DNA of 63,731 nt, counting the filler. It is 5 parts of 5 records of this genome, joined end to end, with 100 filler letters (N's around TTAATTAATTAA, not from the genome) between each part and the next. Parts side by side here need not be neighbours in the genome. Positions count along the whole stretch, not along the records: positions 41,689 to 58,398 come from DRR378314_165; positions 58,499 to 63,731 come from DRR378314_225; 3 more parts are not named here. One strand, 5' to 3'. This document shows, piece by piece, positions 51,606 through 63,583 of this stretch; within the stretch, counting starts at the first letter, position 1, and the number at the start of each line of letters is the position of its first letter. Below the pieces are notes generated by a model. It worked only from the letters and a program-made list of their open reading frames with translations. It had not been told where the DNA came from and made no database searches. Position numbers and translations under genes: made by a program.

Positions 51606-52349
51606 ATGCTTCCCGATTACTCCACCATCGCTTGGGTGTTGATTGTATTTTCTGTTTACCTGACTGGCGTTTCAAAAGGTGGTTTTGCGGGCGGTTTCGG
51701 CACGCTCTCGGTGCCACTCATGGCGCTGGCGATCAGCCCCACCCAAGCGGCAGGCCTGCTGCTACCGCTACTGCTGGTGATGGATGTATTTGCGGTGAAG
51801 GCATGGTGGGGCAAGCAGGATGCTACTGAGGTCTGGCGCTTTGTGCCGGGGCTGTTTATCGGCGTGACGGTGGGGACGCTGCTGTTTGGCAGCTTAAGCG
51901 AACAGGGCTTACGCCTGACGCTCGGCGTTATCACCTTGCTGTTCGCCGCCTATATGCTGCTCAAGCCCGTTTCTAAAAAACCAATCTCCACTCGTTGGGC
52001 ATTGCCAGCGGCAAGTGTCTGCGGCTTTACTAGCTTTATGGCCCATGCGGGCGCACCGCCGCTAAACGTTTATCTCCTGCCGCGCAAACTATCGAAAGAG
52101 AGCTTTATTGCCACTTGTGCAGTGACCTTTGCCGTGGTCAACGCGATCAAACTAGCGCCGTATATGTGGCTGGGTGAAATCAACGTCACCAGCGCCTGGG
52201 CGTCGTTGCTGTTGGTACCCGTCGCTTGGATCGGCGTGCGCAACGGGCTGTGGCTGCAAAGCCGTGTCAACGAAGCGCTATTTTACCGCCTCGTGATCCT
52301 GGCCATGTTCTTGGTGGGAATCAACCTAATCTGGCAAGCGGTCGGCTAG
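51606..52349 (+). CDS. TauE/SafE (TSUP) family membrane protein
   Basis: GVSKGGFAGG, SFMAHAGAPP, multi-TM; AAGGA upstream. Confidence 0.88.
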   Translation: MLPDYSTIAWVLIVFSVYLTGVSKGGFAGGFGTLSVPLMALAISPTQAAGLLLPLLLVMDVFAVKAWWGKQDATEVWRFVPGLFIGVTVGTLLFGSLSEQGLRLTLGVITLLFAAYMLLKPVSKKPISTRWALPAASVCGFTSFMAHAGAPPLNVYLLPRKLSKESFIATCAVTFAVVNAIKLAPYMWLGEINVTSAWASLLLVPVAWIGVRNGLWLQSRVNEALFYRLVILAMFLVGINLIWQAVG

Positions 52350-52356
52350 CGCGTGC

Positions 52357-53250
52357 TTAAAGTGCCACCAGCAGCAGCCCACTAAGCATGATCAATGTAC
52401 CAGCGGCTTTTGCCATCGATGCAGGCTCTTTTAGCCACAGCACGCCCATTAATACCCCCACCGGAATGGAGAGCTGGCGCAGCGCCACGACGTAACTCAC
52501 TTCGTCGGTTAGTGCCAGGGCCATGAGTACCAAGCCATACGTGCAGGTCATCATCAACCCAGTGACGACCAGCATCACTAGGCCTTGCTGGCGGATGGCG
52601 GGCAACCGGCGACGTTCCGTGGGCAGCAGCATCAGCAGCGGAATCGCCCAGGTTAAGGTCATCACTGCTTGTAACACCATAAACACCGCACCGGCGGTTA
52701 AACTGCTATGGCCTGCTAGCTGCATCAACGCCAGTGCCTGCTTATCTATCAGCGAATAGCCCACCGTGCCGGCGGCTGCCAACAGTGCAAACCCCATGGC
52801 TGGTGTTAAATAGGTAGCTAGCCTGCGCGCCTCTGGGTGGCTAAGTGGCAGGCAGAGTGCCCCCGCCACCACCAAGGCCATGCCAATGCCATCCGCCACA
52901 TCCAGCGTGCGGTTGCCGAGCAGCGCAATGGATACGAGCGGCACAAGCACCACCGGCAGTGCCCGTGCAATGGGATAGAGAACGCTGACTTCCCCACGCG
53001 CATAAGCCCAGGCTAAGCCACCCATATAGAGCATTTGGCACAGCCCTGAAAGCGCCAGCCATCCCCAAAATGCGTTGGGTAGCGCCGCTAATGATGGCCC
53101 AAGCCACACTAGCGGCAGCAACAACACACCGCCTGCCCCGTATGCCAAGGCAAAAAAAGCCAGCGACGGCGCATTGCGCTTACCCAACACGTTCCACCCA
53201 GCATGCATACACACCGAAAACAGCACTAACGCCAGTGCGGCTGGACTCAA
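52357..53250 (-). CDS. DMT/EamA family protein, phosphonate-utilisation associated
   Basis: [35 protein letters not shown] start overlaps the phnX stop. Confidence 0.88.
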   Translation of the reverse strand: MSPAALALVLFSVCMHAGWNVLGKRNAPSLAFFALAYGAGGVLLLPLVWLGPSLAALPNAFWGWLALSGLCQMLYMGGLAWAYARGEVSVLYPIARALPVVLVPLVSIALLGNRTLDVADGIGMALVVAGALCLPLSHPEARRLATYLTPAMGFALLAAAGTVGYSLIDKQALALMQLAGHSSLTAGAVFMVLQAVMTLTWAIPLLMLLPTERRRLPAIRQQGLVMLVVTGLMMTCTYGLVLMALALTDEVSYVVALRQLSIPVGVLMGVLWLKEPASMAKAAGTLIMLSGLLLVAL

Positions 53251-54065
53251 GGCCGCTCTCCTCGCTGTAAACGGGCATTAATGGCATCCACAACGCTTGG
53301 CAGTTCGGCGATAGTGGCAATGCTGTAGTGCGGTTTTGAGGGAGCAAACTGTGCAGCTACTCGCTCGTGGGCGGCATGGCGTTCGCTATCGCTTAGCGCT
53401 TGATACTGGCCATAATTCAGCCCCAAGGCGTTGCCTGAGCAAGTGAGTGCGACCGTCCACATTCCTGCACAGCGCCCTTCAAGTATGCCTGGGGCGGTAT
53501 CATCCACCTTGATACAGGCAGCAACATCACTGATGCCTAACGCAATCACATTGGCCAGCGCTTGGGCGGGGTGTGGGCGACCGTTGGGTACCTCATCGGT
53601 GGCCACTACATGATCCACCTTCAGGCCATTATCGGCGGCTAGCGCCACCACCTTTTCCATCACCACGGCCGGATAGCCGGAGCACGAACCGACCTTTAGC
53701 CCTTGCGCTCGCAACCAAGTGAGCGTATCCAGCGCCCCAGGAATCACCGCCGAGTGATCGGCAATTTTGGCGATCTGCAGCGGCATAAAGCGTTCATAAA
53801 GCGCCGTCACATCGGCATCAGTCGGCAGGTGGCCCACGGCTTGGAGAAAGCGCTCGGCTATCTCAGGCTGATTGCACAGCGTGTGGATATGGTCCCATTT
53901 GCCCATGCCCATCGGGCCGCGTGCTTCTGCTAGGCTGATCGCCACACCCAGTTCGGCAAAGGCTTCGACAAATATCTGGGTCGGTGCGAAGGAGCCAAAA
54001 TCGACCAGCGTACCCGCCCAGTCACAAATCACCGCCTGCAGGCATTGAGGAGATTGATAGTGCAT
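53247..54065 (-). CDS. phnX: Phosphonoacetaldehyde hydrolase
   Basis: [28 protein letters not shown]. Confidence 0.96.
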   Translation of the reverse strand: MHYQSPQCLQAVICDWAGTLVDFGSFAPTQIFVEAFAELGVAISLAEARGPMGMGKWDHIHTLCNQPEIAERFLQAVGHLPTDADVTALYERFMPLQIAKIADHSAVIPGALDTLTWLRAQGLKVGSCSGYPAVVMEKVVALAADNGLKVDHVVATDEVPNGRPHPAQALANVIALGISDVAACIKVDDTAPGILEGRCAGMWTVALTCSGNALGLNYGQYQALSDSERHAAHERVAAQFAPSKPHYSIATIAELPSVVDAINARLQRGERP

Positions 54066-55201
54066 CAGGCACTCCTTGATTCAATGAAGAGAGAAACACC
54101 CATACTCGTTAGGGCGTCTTGAATAACGCTGAGTAACTGCTCAATCACCGCCGCATCCAACTGGCCAATGCAGCCGATGCGAAAACTTTCGACGTCAGTT
54201 AACTTGCCCGGGTAGATCAAAAAGCCACGCGCCTTCAGCGCTGCATAGAACGCCTTAAATTCAAACGCAGGGTCGCTAGGGCTCAAAAAGGTGGTGATGA
54301 TCGGCGATAGCCACTCATCTTCTAAAAGCGTGCTGAAGCCTAACGCCCGCATGCCTTTTACCAGCACATTACGGTTGTGGGTATAACGTGCGCAGCGCCC
54401 CGTCACACCGCCCTCTTCCCGGTGCTGGGCAAGCGCCGCTTGAAAGGCCACCACCGTATGCGTGGGCGGAGTAAAGCGCCACTGGCCAGTGCGTTCCATG
54501 TAGTCCCACTGGGCGTGTAAATCCAGGCTCAGCGAGTGGGCACGCCCCTTACCAGCAGCAAGTAGCGTCTGGCGAATGATCACAAAACCAAAGCCCGGTA
54601 CGCCTTCGATGCACTTATTGGCCGATGAAACCAGCACATCAATAGGCGTTTTTGCCAGGCTAATCGGTACGCCTCCAAACGAGCTCATGGCGTCAACGAT
54701 CAGCGTTTTCCCATGATCGCGCACCACCTCAGCGATGGCTTCCAGCGGGTTCAAAATGCCGGAGCTGGTTTCACAGTGAACTAGAAATACAGCGGTAATG
54801 TCAGCATCTTGCTGTAGCAGCGCCGCTACTTCGTCGGGTTGCGGTGGTAGGTAATCACCTTTATCCAGCGTCACATAACGGCGGCCCATCATATCGAGCA
54901 GTTGAGCAGCCCGCTTGCCGTAAGCGCCGTTCATTAACACCAACACCTTGCCGTTGGGGTCGGTTGCGCAGGCCAGCGCACTTTCAACGGCGAACGTGCC
55001 GCTGCCTTGCATCGGCACGCAGGCATAGACGTCACTTGCCGCCTCGGCCATGGCAAGCAGTTGCGCACGCACATTGGCAGTGACGCGATTAAAGTCGTCA
55101 TCCCAGGAGCCCCAGTCCCGCAACATGGCTGCTTTGGTCGCCTGGGAGGTGGTTAGTGGCCCTGGGGTTAAGAGATAAGGCGCTTGTGAATGATTCATCA
55201 T
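54065..55201 (-). CDS. phnW: 2-aminoethylphosphonate-pyruvate transaminase
   Basis: [41 protein letters not shown]. Confidence 0.96.
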   Translation of the reverse strand: MMNHSQAPYLLTPGPLTTSQATKAAMLRDWGSWDDDFNRVTANVRAQLLAMAEAASDVYACVPMQGSGTFAVESALACATDPNGKVLVLMNGAYGKRAAQLLDMMGRRYVTLDKGDYLPPQPDEVAALLQQDADITAVFLVHCETSSGILNPLEAIAEVVRDHGKTLIVDAMSSFGGVPISLAKTPIDVLVSSANKCIEGVPGFGFVIIRQTLLAAGKGRAHSLSLDLHAQWDYMERTGQWRFTPPTHTVVAFQAALAQHREEGGVTGRCARYTHNRNVLVKGMRALGFSTLLEDEWLSPIITTFLSPSDPAFEFKAFYAALKARGFLIYPGKLTDVESFRIGCIGQLDAAVIEQLLSVIQDALTSMGVSLFIESRSA

Positions 55202-55203
55202 TT

Positions 55204-55222
55204 TGGTCTATACCAGATTATA
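55204..55222 (-). promoter_or_regulatory. Internal -10 box plus GntR-type operator before phnW
   Basis: Minus strand TATAAT-C-TGGTATAGACCA-AA-ATG. Confidence 0.7.
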
Positions 55223-55254
55223 AGCACATATTAGCCGCTGGCGTAGCGGGCTGT

Positions 55255-56949
55255 TCAGCCCGCCTGACGCCAACGCTGAGCGTTGTTTAAGAGAACGTGG
55301 GTAAGCGCCGTGTGGAGCAGTTTAACCACCAGCGAGGTCAGGAAAATCAGCACAGCCATGGCCGCGGCGCTAGCAAAATAGCCCGCCTCGTCCAGATGCA
55401 GCACCGCCACTGAAGCAAGCCGCGTATCGCTGTTATAGAGGAACACTACCGCAGACACTGTCGTCATCGCATTGACGAATAGGTAGACAGAAATATCCAG
55501 CACGGCAGGCAGCGATACCGGTAATGTCACGCGGCTAAACGTGGTCCAGAACGGTACTTTTAACGAGGCCCCCACGGCTTCAAACTCCGGATCGAGCTGT
55601 TTCAGCGCAGTGACAGAGGTGAGGTGACACACCGTATAGAAGTGTACTAGCGTGTTGAGCACCAGAATCGCCATGGTGCCGTAAAGCCAGTTAAGGGGGT
55701 TACCTGCCTGGTTGAAAAAGAAGATATAAGCCAGACCCAGCACCATGCCCGGCACCGCCATGGGTAGCATGGCCATAAAATGCAGGCCTTGGCGCAGCGG
55801 GCGATAGCCTTCGCTCTTTTCAATCAGCCACGCATTGAAGAAAATCACCAGCGTACCCACTAACGCGACGCTAAAGGCCAGTTTGAGGGAGTTAAACCAC
55901 GCCCCCCAGCCACCGCCGGCTAAGCCCTGAAAAGTGTAATGCTGCAGAGTGAACGACAGGTTATAGGGCCAAAACTGTATAAACGACGCATACACCGCGG
56001 TACCAATGACCAGCAGAATAATGCCCGCGACCGAATAACACAGCAGCGCAAACGTCCAGTCTCGCAGCGGGCTAGGCGTTGGTTGCCACGGTACTGCCCG
56101 AGCCGAAAGCTGAGCCACTTGGCGTTTTTGTATCCAGCGGTCGACGATGAACGATAGCACTGCTGGCATCAGTAGAATAACGCTAACCACCGCGCCCATT
56201 TGGAAGTTCTGCTGCCCCACCACTTGGCGATACACATCGGTGGCGAGCACGCTGAATTGGCCGCCAATAATTTTCGGCACACCAAAGTCGGTAATGGCCA
56301 GCGTAAAGACAACGAACAGGCATGAAATCAGCCCGTAACGCACCCCGGGCAGCGTAATCGTCAAAAACGTACGCCACTTCGGCGTGCCCAATGCTTCTGC
56401 TGCTTCATAGAGGCGTGCATCGCTATTGGTCAGCGCAGTGGTTAGCAACATTAGCGCATGGGGAAAAATCCAGAAACTCATGCCCATCACAATGCCAATC
56501 GGCCCATAAATCGAATGACCTGCCAGCACGTCGCTCAAAAACCCCTGGTTACCAAACAGATAAACCAAGCTAATGGCGGGTAGCAACGAAGGGGCTAGAA
56601 TGGGCAAAATCGCCAACATTCGAAACAGCCGTTTGCCAGGCATGCAGGTACGGGTAATGCCGTAGGCGCATAAAAAGGCGAGCCCTGCGACGACCACCGT
56701 CGTAGTGAACGCTACGCGCAATGAATTGGCGATCGAATTGACCAGTGCTGGCGTTTGAAAATACTGCACAAAGTTCGCCAACCCAATAAAGTCGCCGCTG
56801 CGGTCTTGCAGGCTTTTCACCAACATTGCAAATAGCGGAAACAGCAGGCCGAACACTAACAGCGCCACAGCCGCTAGCAGCACGATCAGGCGTATCAATG
56901 CTTCCAGCGAAGGCGTTGCTGCAGGCGCTGAAAATATACTCGCCCTCAT
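55255..56949 (-). CDS. 2-AEP ABC transporter permease (duplicated TM domains)
   Basis: Two EAA loops (LYEAAEALG, FEAVGASLK); TDFGVPKIIGG; phn context. Confidence 0.92.
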   Translation of the reverse strand: MRASIFSAPAATPSLEALIRLIVLLAAVALLVFGLLFPLFAMLVKSLQDRSGDFIGLANFVQYFQTPALVNSIANSLRVAFTTTVVVAGLAFLCAYGITRTCMPGKRLFRMLAILPILAPSLLPAISLVYLFGNQGFLSDVLAGHSIYGPIGIVMGMSFWIFPHALMLLTTALTNSDARLYEAAEALGTPKWRTFLTITLPGVRYGLISCLFVVFTLAITDFGVPKIIGGQFSVLATDVYRQVVGQQNFQMGAVVSVILLMPAVLSFIVDRWIQKRQVAQLSARAVPWQPTPSPLRDWTFALLCYSVAGIILLVIGTAVYASFIQFWPYNLSFTLQHYTFQGLAGGGWGAWFNSLKLAFSVALVGTLVIFFNAWLIEKSEGYRPLRQGLHFMAMLPMAVPGMVLGLAYIFFFNQAGNPLNWLYGTMAILVLNTLVHFYTVCHLTSVTALKQLDPEFEAVGASLKVPFWTTFSRVTLPVSLPAVLDISVYLFVNAMTTVSAVVFLYNSDTRLASVAVLHLDEAGYFASAAAMAVLIFLTSLVVKLLHTALTHVLLNNAQRWRQAG

Positions 56950-58070
56950 GACTGGTTGCTCCCTGCCGGATATAAGCGGGCAGCATCGGCAGGCAAATGG
57001 ACACCCAAGGTTTGCCCTAGCCGTAATCCTAGTGTGGCGCTATCACGGCTGGGAACATCAGCTAGCAACCATTGTTCGGTATTGTTAAGACGCAGCGATA
57101 CCCGCTGAAACGCACCTAAAAACTCAATGCCCATAACATCACCGCTCAGCCCGCTGGTGCTGGCACTAAGCGCGACGGCTTCGGGGCGAATGGCCAGTTG
57201 AGCTGCTTGGTCTTGCGGGTAGGCGTGCGGCAAACAAGGGCAGGAAATAGTGCCTAGCAACGCGTGGTTATTCGCCTGTGCGGTCACCTCTAAAAAGTTC
57301 ATGGTGCCGATAAATGACGCCACAAAAGCGCTAGCGGGCTGGTGGTAGATCTCGGCAGGCGTACCCACTTGTTCGATCACCCCGTGGTTCATCACTACGA
57401 TACGATCAGCCATGGTGAGTGCTTCTTCTTGATCGTGGGTCACCATAATGGTGGTCACGCCAAGGCGCGCCTGTAGAGCTTTGATCTGATGTCGCAAATG
57501 GCCGCGCACCCTCGCATCCAGTGCTGAGAGCGGTTCATCAAGCAGTAACAGGCCGGGCTCAGTAGCCAGCGCCCGCGCCAACGCAACCCGCTGCTGCTGC
57601 CCACCAGAAAGCGCGGCGGGATATTTATGTTCGCTGCCGCTAAGATCAACCAGCGCAAGTAACTCCGCCACGCGGGCATCAATCGTCGCTCGATTACTGC
57701 GACGGTTGCGCAACCCGTAGGCAACGTTGTCGAACACCGTCAGATTGGGAAACAGCGCATAAGATTGGAACACGATGCCAAAATCCCGTGCCTGCGGGGG
57801 CAGCGTGGAAATATCCTTGCCGCGCTGAATTAAGCTACCTGCTGTTTGTTGAGCTAGGCCTGCAATAGTGCGCAACAGGGTTGTTTTGCCACAGCCAGAA
57901 GGCCCTAAAAAACATACAAACTCGCCTTCCTGAATCTGTAGCGCAATGTTGTCCAGCGCGGTAAAGCTACCGAAGCGCTTGGTGACACCATCTATGCTTA
58001 GGTGCGCAGAGGGTGAGAGTGTTTTCGCCGCCGAGTGAGCCGTCAGCGGCGATGTCAGTGTGGTCTGCAT
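56946..58070 (-). CDS. 2-AEP ABC transporter ATPase (PhnT-like)
   Basis: [32 protein letters not shown] before ATG 58070. Confidence 0.92.
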   Translation of the reverse strand: MQTTLTSPLTAHSAAKTLSPSAHLSIDGVTKRFGSFTALDNIALQIQEGEFVCFLGPSGCGKTTLLRTIAGLAQQTAGSLIQRGKDISTLPPQARDFGIVFQSYALFPNLTVFDNVAYGLRNRRSNRATIDARVAELLALVDLSGSEHKYPAALSGGQQQRVALARALATEPGLLLLDEPLSALDARVRGHLRHQIKALQARLGVTTIMVTHDQEEALTMADRIVVMNHGVIEQVGTPAEIYHQPASAFVASFIGTMNFLEVTAQANNHALLGTISCPCLPHAYPQDQAAQLAIRPEAVALSASTSGLSGDVMGIEFLGAFQRVSLRLNNTEQWLLADVPSRDSATLGLRLGQTLGVHLPADAARLYPAGSNQS

Positions 58071-58113
58071 AACATCTCCAAGCCCCGGCCTTGGCCGGGG
58101 CAGCTGTTCGTGC

Positions 58114-58398
58114 TTACTGTTCGGTTTTACCGTCGTAGCGGCGCTGCCACTCTGCCAGCACGCGTTCGCGGTTAACCGCGGCCCACTGGAAGTCGGCATC
58201 AATCATGCGATCGGCAATGTCAGTGGGATAGTTTTCAATCGGCTGTGCCACACCGGGATAGGCCACCACGGCGTAGCCTTCGTTATAGAGTTCGTTAGCC
58301 TCGCGGGAAACGGCCCAATCCATCAGCGTTTGTGCAGCTTCCTGTTTGGCGGTTCCCGCAACGATGGCGGCAGCTTCCATATCCCAGCCAAGCCCCTC
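58114..58398 (-). CDS. 2-AEP ABC substrate-binding protein (PhnS-like), C-terminal fragment
   Basis: EGLGWDMEAAAI...NRERVLAEWQRRYDGK; open to the contig edge. Confidence 0.88.
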   Translation of the reverse strand, partial: EGLGWDMEAAAIVAGTAKQEAAQTLMDWAVSREANELYNEGYAVVAYPGVAQPIENYPTDIADRMIDADFQWAAVNRERVLAEWQRRYDGKTEQ

Positions 58399-58498
58399 NN
58401 NNNNNNNNNNNNNNNNNNNNNNNNNNNNNNNNNNNNNNNNNNTTAATTAATTAANNNNNNNNNNNNNNNNNNNNNNNNNNNNNNNNNNNNNNNNNNNN
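58399..58498. other. Artificial contig spacer
   Basis: 44 N + TTAATTAATTAA + 44 N. Confidence 0.99.
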
Positions 58499-58880
58499 AA
58501 GGAATGCAGAGAGGCGTGCTGCGCACCTGTATCGCGGGCTAACGGGCAAAATGTCTCGCACTGGGCACGGAACATCGCCGTCCTGGATCAGAATCCACCA
58601 CCAATGGAACAAGAATGTACACAGAGAGAATATACATCATGTAATGTCTACGAGTTGGTACCGATACAGAAGTAGGATCGGACTCGGAAAATAACAAAAT
58701 AGATCTTGTCCGCCCAATACCTTGCAGGGCAGGAACCGGGGAGAGAAAAGGATTGTATGAAGCGGCAACGCCACCTCTGCAACGTAAGCGGCACTTGTGT
58801 CGGATAAACTCGGTATGCCCAACTTCTGCATAGCGGAAACGTCACAAACAACGTAATATTCTGGAGTAATAAACACGTAC

Positions 58881-60670
58881 CTTTGCACTGTCTTGGGCAC
58901 TGCTAAGCTCGGTTTGTGAGGGCAAGGAGTCAAACGCATTTGCTGGGGACGAGCGCGCCGACGCTGCACAGTGCAGCCTTTCGCTATCCCGCGGCGACCA
59001 CTCGGTGAACGGTGGACTCGACGACGCAACATTTCTCGCAGTCCGCAAGCTGCGGATCGCTTGACGACATGCAAGGGTCACTGCCTGTTCCCCAAAGGCC
59101 CTGCGAAGGGTGATTCAGCACGGGTCGCGGCGCGCATGCAGCCCCTGTCGAAGTCAGTGCGCAGCTCCCCAATCGATCGGTTCAAAACCGAATGCGATGC
59201 AATATCTCCTGTATCGCGTCCAAACTCGCAAACAGACTTAAGGCCTTCTTGTACGTACAGTGCAAGCGATCGTACCTGGAGAGAGTGATCAAAAATGATG
59301 CCAAAAGGTCTGGTTGTGGCTCGTAAGAAGCCGAAATGACGAGGTTGTCCGAGCTACTCGCAGTCGCCAATTCCAATGTGCAGCAGTGTTCATGTGAGCG
59401 AGTGACGGAAGGAAAGCGCAGCCATCACGTGGCGCCGAGAAAGTAGCACATGTGCACCTAGCTTCTGTGATCACGGGCCTCGTTCTTCGTCCCAAGCGCA
59501 GGCTTTGTACGTCAATGTTGAGTACGATACCTCCAATACTTGATCAGACACACACCTGCCTATTTCGGCGTGCACTGTAAAGTCTCGCAGCGCGCGAGAC
59601 AGCCATCGCAAGACTGTGTCGTCGCAGGAGCCGCCGGCGCGAAGACCGAGACGTCGAGCCTGCGCAGCAATGTCGCAGCAGTAGACAATGAAACCACCAG
59701 CGAAAATCAAGCATTCAGTGGTCTGGCACTGAGGGAGGGCATGAAGACAAAATCCCCACATCGCACAGAAGCTCGGGAGCCCAGCAAAGTGGTCTACGGA
59801 GCCTTGGTACATCGACACCAGTACCTTCCCGTAGTGGAGTAGCGAAGGACTAGCACTGAGTGTCTAGTTGTGCCGAGTCTGCACCGAGCGGAACGGCACA
59901 CCTCTGCCCGCACATCCTTTTCGTCCCACTCTGCAAAGTATACCCTTCCACTTTCACAAGTAGCCAAGTATCGAACTCCTGCAGCATCACCGAAGCAACA
60001 AATGGGTCGACCAAAGAAAATGTAGAGCCCATCAGCACGCGGCAGCACGCAAGCATATAAACGAAGCCGGAAGGTGTGCAGCACGCGTGCAAGCAGTTCC
60101 AACTGGCAAGGAAAGCTCTCCCGTTCTGCGATGAGAGCAACCAAGCGGTGCGAAACTTCGTCGGTAACGACGTACGAGTTCAAGATCTATTTACTGCATG
60201 ACTGCAACCAGCATGCGACGAAGTGTACCTGGCTGCCCCCCGCTTCCGAATGCCCATGAGAACGCAGCCGTCTCTACCGCGGCTGACGCTGGTGCCGCGC
60301 CACAATCTTCAGCTGCCCTGCGGCAAACAGAAAAAGGCATGACACGTGACGCACAAAAGGAAAGAATGTAGGTTAGATACATTACAGTTGAATGTGTACA
60401 AGAGCATGCATACCGTGAAAAGTAAGCCCCGCACGCGAGCACATTCAGAAGCCTGGAAAACAGTAAAATAATGCATCTTTGCTTGTACAAGCGAGACAAG
60501 CAGAAGCAATGGTGCTTCGAAACACGTCCGTTCCTTTTCTCCCGTGTACTGAGCGCGCGGGAGACTACAAGCAGAAAAAAAAACACATACCGATCTATGC
60601 AGCGAATCAAAATACTTCCGTCCGCCAGGTTGCGCTTTCTCTTCCGCCCTTGCGGCGAACTCGAAGACAT
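58881..60670 (-). CDS. Eukaryotic multi-exon gene of unknown function (3' end unresolved)
   Basis: Hand-built phase-consistent GT-AG model: exons 60670-60591, 60452-60414, 60317-60229, 59978-59914, 59659-59556, 59353-59276, 59100-58881. Confidence 0.55.
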
Positions 60671-61091
60671 ACGGACCGGCGCAACGGCGCTTGCTGCCTG
60701 GCGAGAGAGGGCCTACACGGCACTGCAGACCAGACCGCAATGTGCACGGCGGAAAGCCGAGAACACGAATCCCAAACTGCGCAATGTATCTGAATACGTG
60801 TCAGCGATCGGTGTTTAGACTATCGCGCATTCTCTTAACGCGTTGATGAGCTCCCAAGAATCGCTTTTGTAGCGCTGCGGCGTGCTACGGGCGCCATGCC
60901 AGGTGGAGCGTAGCCAATTGCTTGCGAAAGGGTGTATTCGAGAGTATTCGAAAAAGAACAAAGTTGGGAATCGTCCCGGATTCTGGAGCGTCCGCCGGGC
61001 GCTGACGCGCACGGCGCCAACGAAAGTGGGCTCGCCGCAGAAAGCCGCGCCGCGCAGACCGAGGATACGTTTCGTTGGAAGCCCCTTGGAT

Positions 61092-63583
61092 ATGGCAGAA
61101 AGCCCGTCTTTCGTTAGTTTTCGTGAACGCGGCGGGTGGGATGATGTCGAACCCATTTCGCTGAGCGAGGATGACCGCGCTGTCGTCGACATTGCATACA
61201 AGCCCGAGGTCGAAGAGGTGCGACCCGACCGCCGGCCCGCACGCGAGCTTGATGAGCCGTTGCCGGCCACGCCAGGCCGTATTGCAGCACGTGTATTACT
61301 TTCTCGATAGTTTTTGAAATATTTTTGCACTCTGTGTGTGTACATAGGGATGTGGTGCGGGAACGTGGTAACAAGGTGCCACGACGCGCTTCTGATTCCC
61401 GGTGCTATGCTGCTGTTCTTCTGCGCTGTGCAGGTCATGGGCTACTTCCGTGCTATCGTCCAGCGAGACGAGCGGTCAGTGCGGGCTCTTGCTCTTACAA
61501 AAGAGGTTCGTTTGCCCTATTTGTTGGCGCTAAATGTGTGCTTATCATTTGTGGTGGTGTTCGGCTAGAAATAAGATGGTGGCAAGCGCGCGCGGCCCAC
61601 GCGCGTGCGCTGGAAACGCGCCGTGTTTCTGTCGCTGCAGGTTATCAGTGTGAACGCTGCGAACTACACGGCGTGGCACTATCTGCGCCGCTGCATCAAG
61701 GACACTGGCGTCGACGTGCGCCAAGAACTGCAGTATGTGGAGAAACTTGCTTTGAAGAATCCCAAGAATTATCAGGTTCGTGGGCGACATGCGCTACCGT
61801 GATTGAGAAGGCTCGTTTGCCTCGTTGCGCTTGCAGTGTGCGGATATGGTTCACGGGCGCCGCTGCGCGCGCTCTCTCCTCAGCCAGGAAGCTCCGCGTG
61901 TCGTTTCTGGTGCGCCTGCGACGCCTGGTTTTGGACGCATCAGGTGTGGTTTCACCGGCGAAGACTTGTAGAGCTACTGGGCGATGCTACACAGGAGAAG
62001 GAGTTCACGGCCGCGTGTATCGAGGCGGACTCGAAGAACTACCACGCGTGGTCGCACCGCCAGTGGGCCGTGCGGACGTTTGGCCTGTGGGACGGCGAGC
62101 TCGCTTACACACAAGGTAAAGCGCGCACCATCGGTCCACGAAACGAGATGTGGGATGCGGGACGAGGTGCAATGTCCTGATCGATACCCATGAAGTACCT
62201 TGTTATTTGCGCAAGGGTGACATCCGCGCTGGTGTGCGGGGCGTTTGCGCCTTGTAGCTGTGTTATGGCGGGGAAGGGTTGCGGGAGCGAGGTCGCGCTC
62301 ACCACGCGCGTGTCGTCCGCGTTTTCGCGCTACCCTGCAGACCTGCTGCGCCAGGATCCGCGCAACAACTCGGCATGGAATCACAGATTCTTCGTTCTGA
62401 CAGCTAGCGAAGGCAAATGTACGTGATCTTCATCTCCGTTGCGCGCACAGCACTTCTCTTGCTCTCGACTCGGCGAGCGATGTTTTCTGACTTGCGCTCC
62501 TTTGCGATGTCATGCTGTTGATTTCTTCTAGCAAACTGCTGATTTTTATATTTTTTTTGCGTCCTGATCGCTAATGTTTCACGATTGATTGGTGATGACT
62601 CCTTCTTGATTGCCGTTTTGGGTATTGGCCGCGGATCCACGTATCGATCGGCTCGCTTTGTTCTCATATCCACCGTCTGTCAATCTACATACCGCTCCAG
62701 TGTCCGAAAGCGACATTGAAAGTGAAGTCGAATTTGCGTTTTCGCATATTCGACGCGCTCCGAACAACGAAAGGTGTGTCGTGCTTCAGTCTCTTCGCCT
62801 TTCGCATTCTGTCGCGCCGCTGCAGCGCCCGAGAACGCGCAATGGGGTTCGAACGATTTGTCTCACTTGATTGTCATCCTCCTGGAGCTCATCCAGCCAC
62901 TGTGGAACGTCGGTTTTGTGACAACGCGAGTGACAAAATGTCCATCTCGAAGGTACTTTGCATCTCCTTGTTCACTGCCTCACTTCGAATTCTCGCTGCT
63001 TTGCTTCTCTGTTCTCTGTTCCTTTCACGTTTCCGTTGACGGTTCCCTTGCGCTGGTAGTCCATGGAACTATGTCCAGGGCGTCGCATTACGCGGTGAAC
63101 GAGGACTGGAAACGCTGCGCAGCGCCGTGGAAGCGCTCGCGGAGAAGTTTCCCGCGTGCCGCTTCGCGCAGGCGCTTCTCGGAGGTACGAAAAGCACCAC
63201 CGAGAGAGCCGTATACCTTACAAAGGAAACCAGGAGATACCACGTCCATATGAGAAATGCAGCGTACGAAGTTGTCATCTTCGTTATTGGACGCCTCTGT
63301 GCTTGTTGCAGCGTTCGGTCTGTTCGGGAATTGGTTCGTTGTTCTCGCTCGGACGAGCGTGCGAGGCGCTTCCGATGTAGCGCAAACGCTTTCCCTTGCG
63401 CTCATTTTCTTCTCGTTGTCCGTACTCGTTTTTTTGGCAGAAATATTGTCCAAAGAAGACTCTGATGAGAGCATGGCGCGAGCGCAAGAGCTTTTCTTGA
63501 ACCTTGCGACGAAAACAGATACGATTCGGGAGAAGTATTGGCGTTTCTGTGCGCACAAGCTCGGGGAACGCGGGAAAGAATAG
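61092..63583 (+). CDS. FNTA: Protein farnesyltransferase/geranylgeranyltransferase-I alpha subunit (8 exons, 307 aa)
   Basis: Exons 61092-61217, 61434-61505, 61641-61775, 61944-62115, 62341-62418, 62701-62773, 63060-63184, 63441-63583 sum to 924 nt; all introns GT-AG; five PFTA repeats (NYTAWHY, PKNYQVWFHR, SKNYHAWSHR, PRNNSAWNHR, PNNESPWNY); C-terminal DTIREKYW. Confidence 0.93.
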
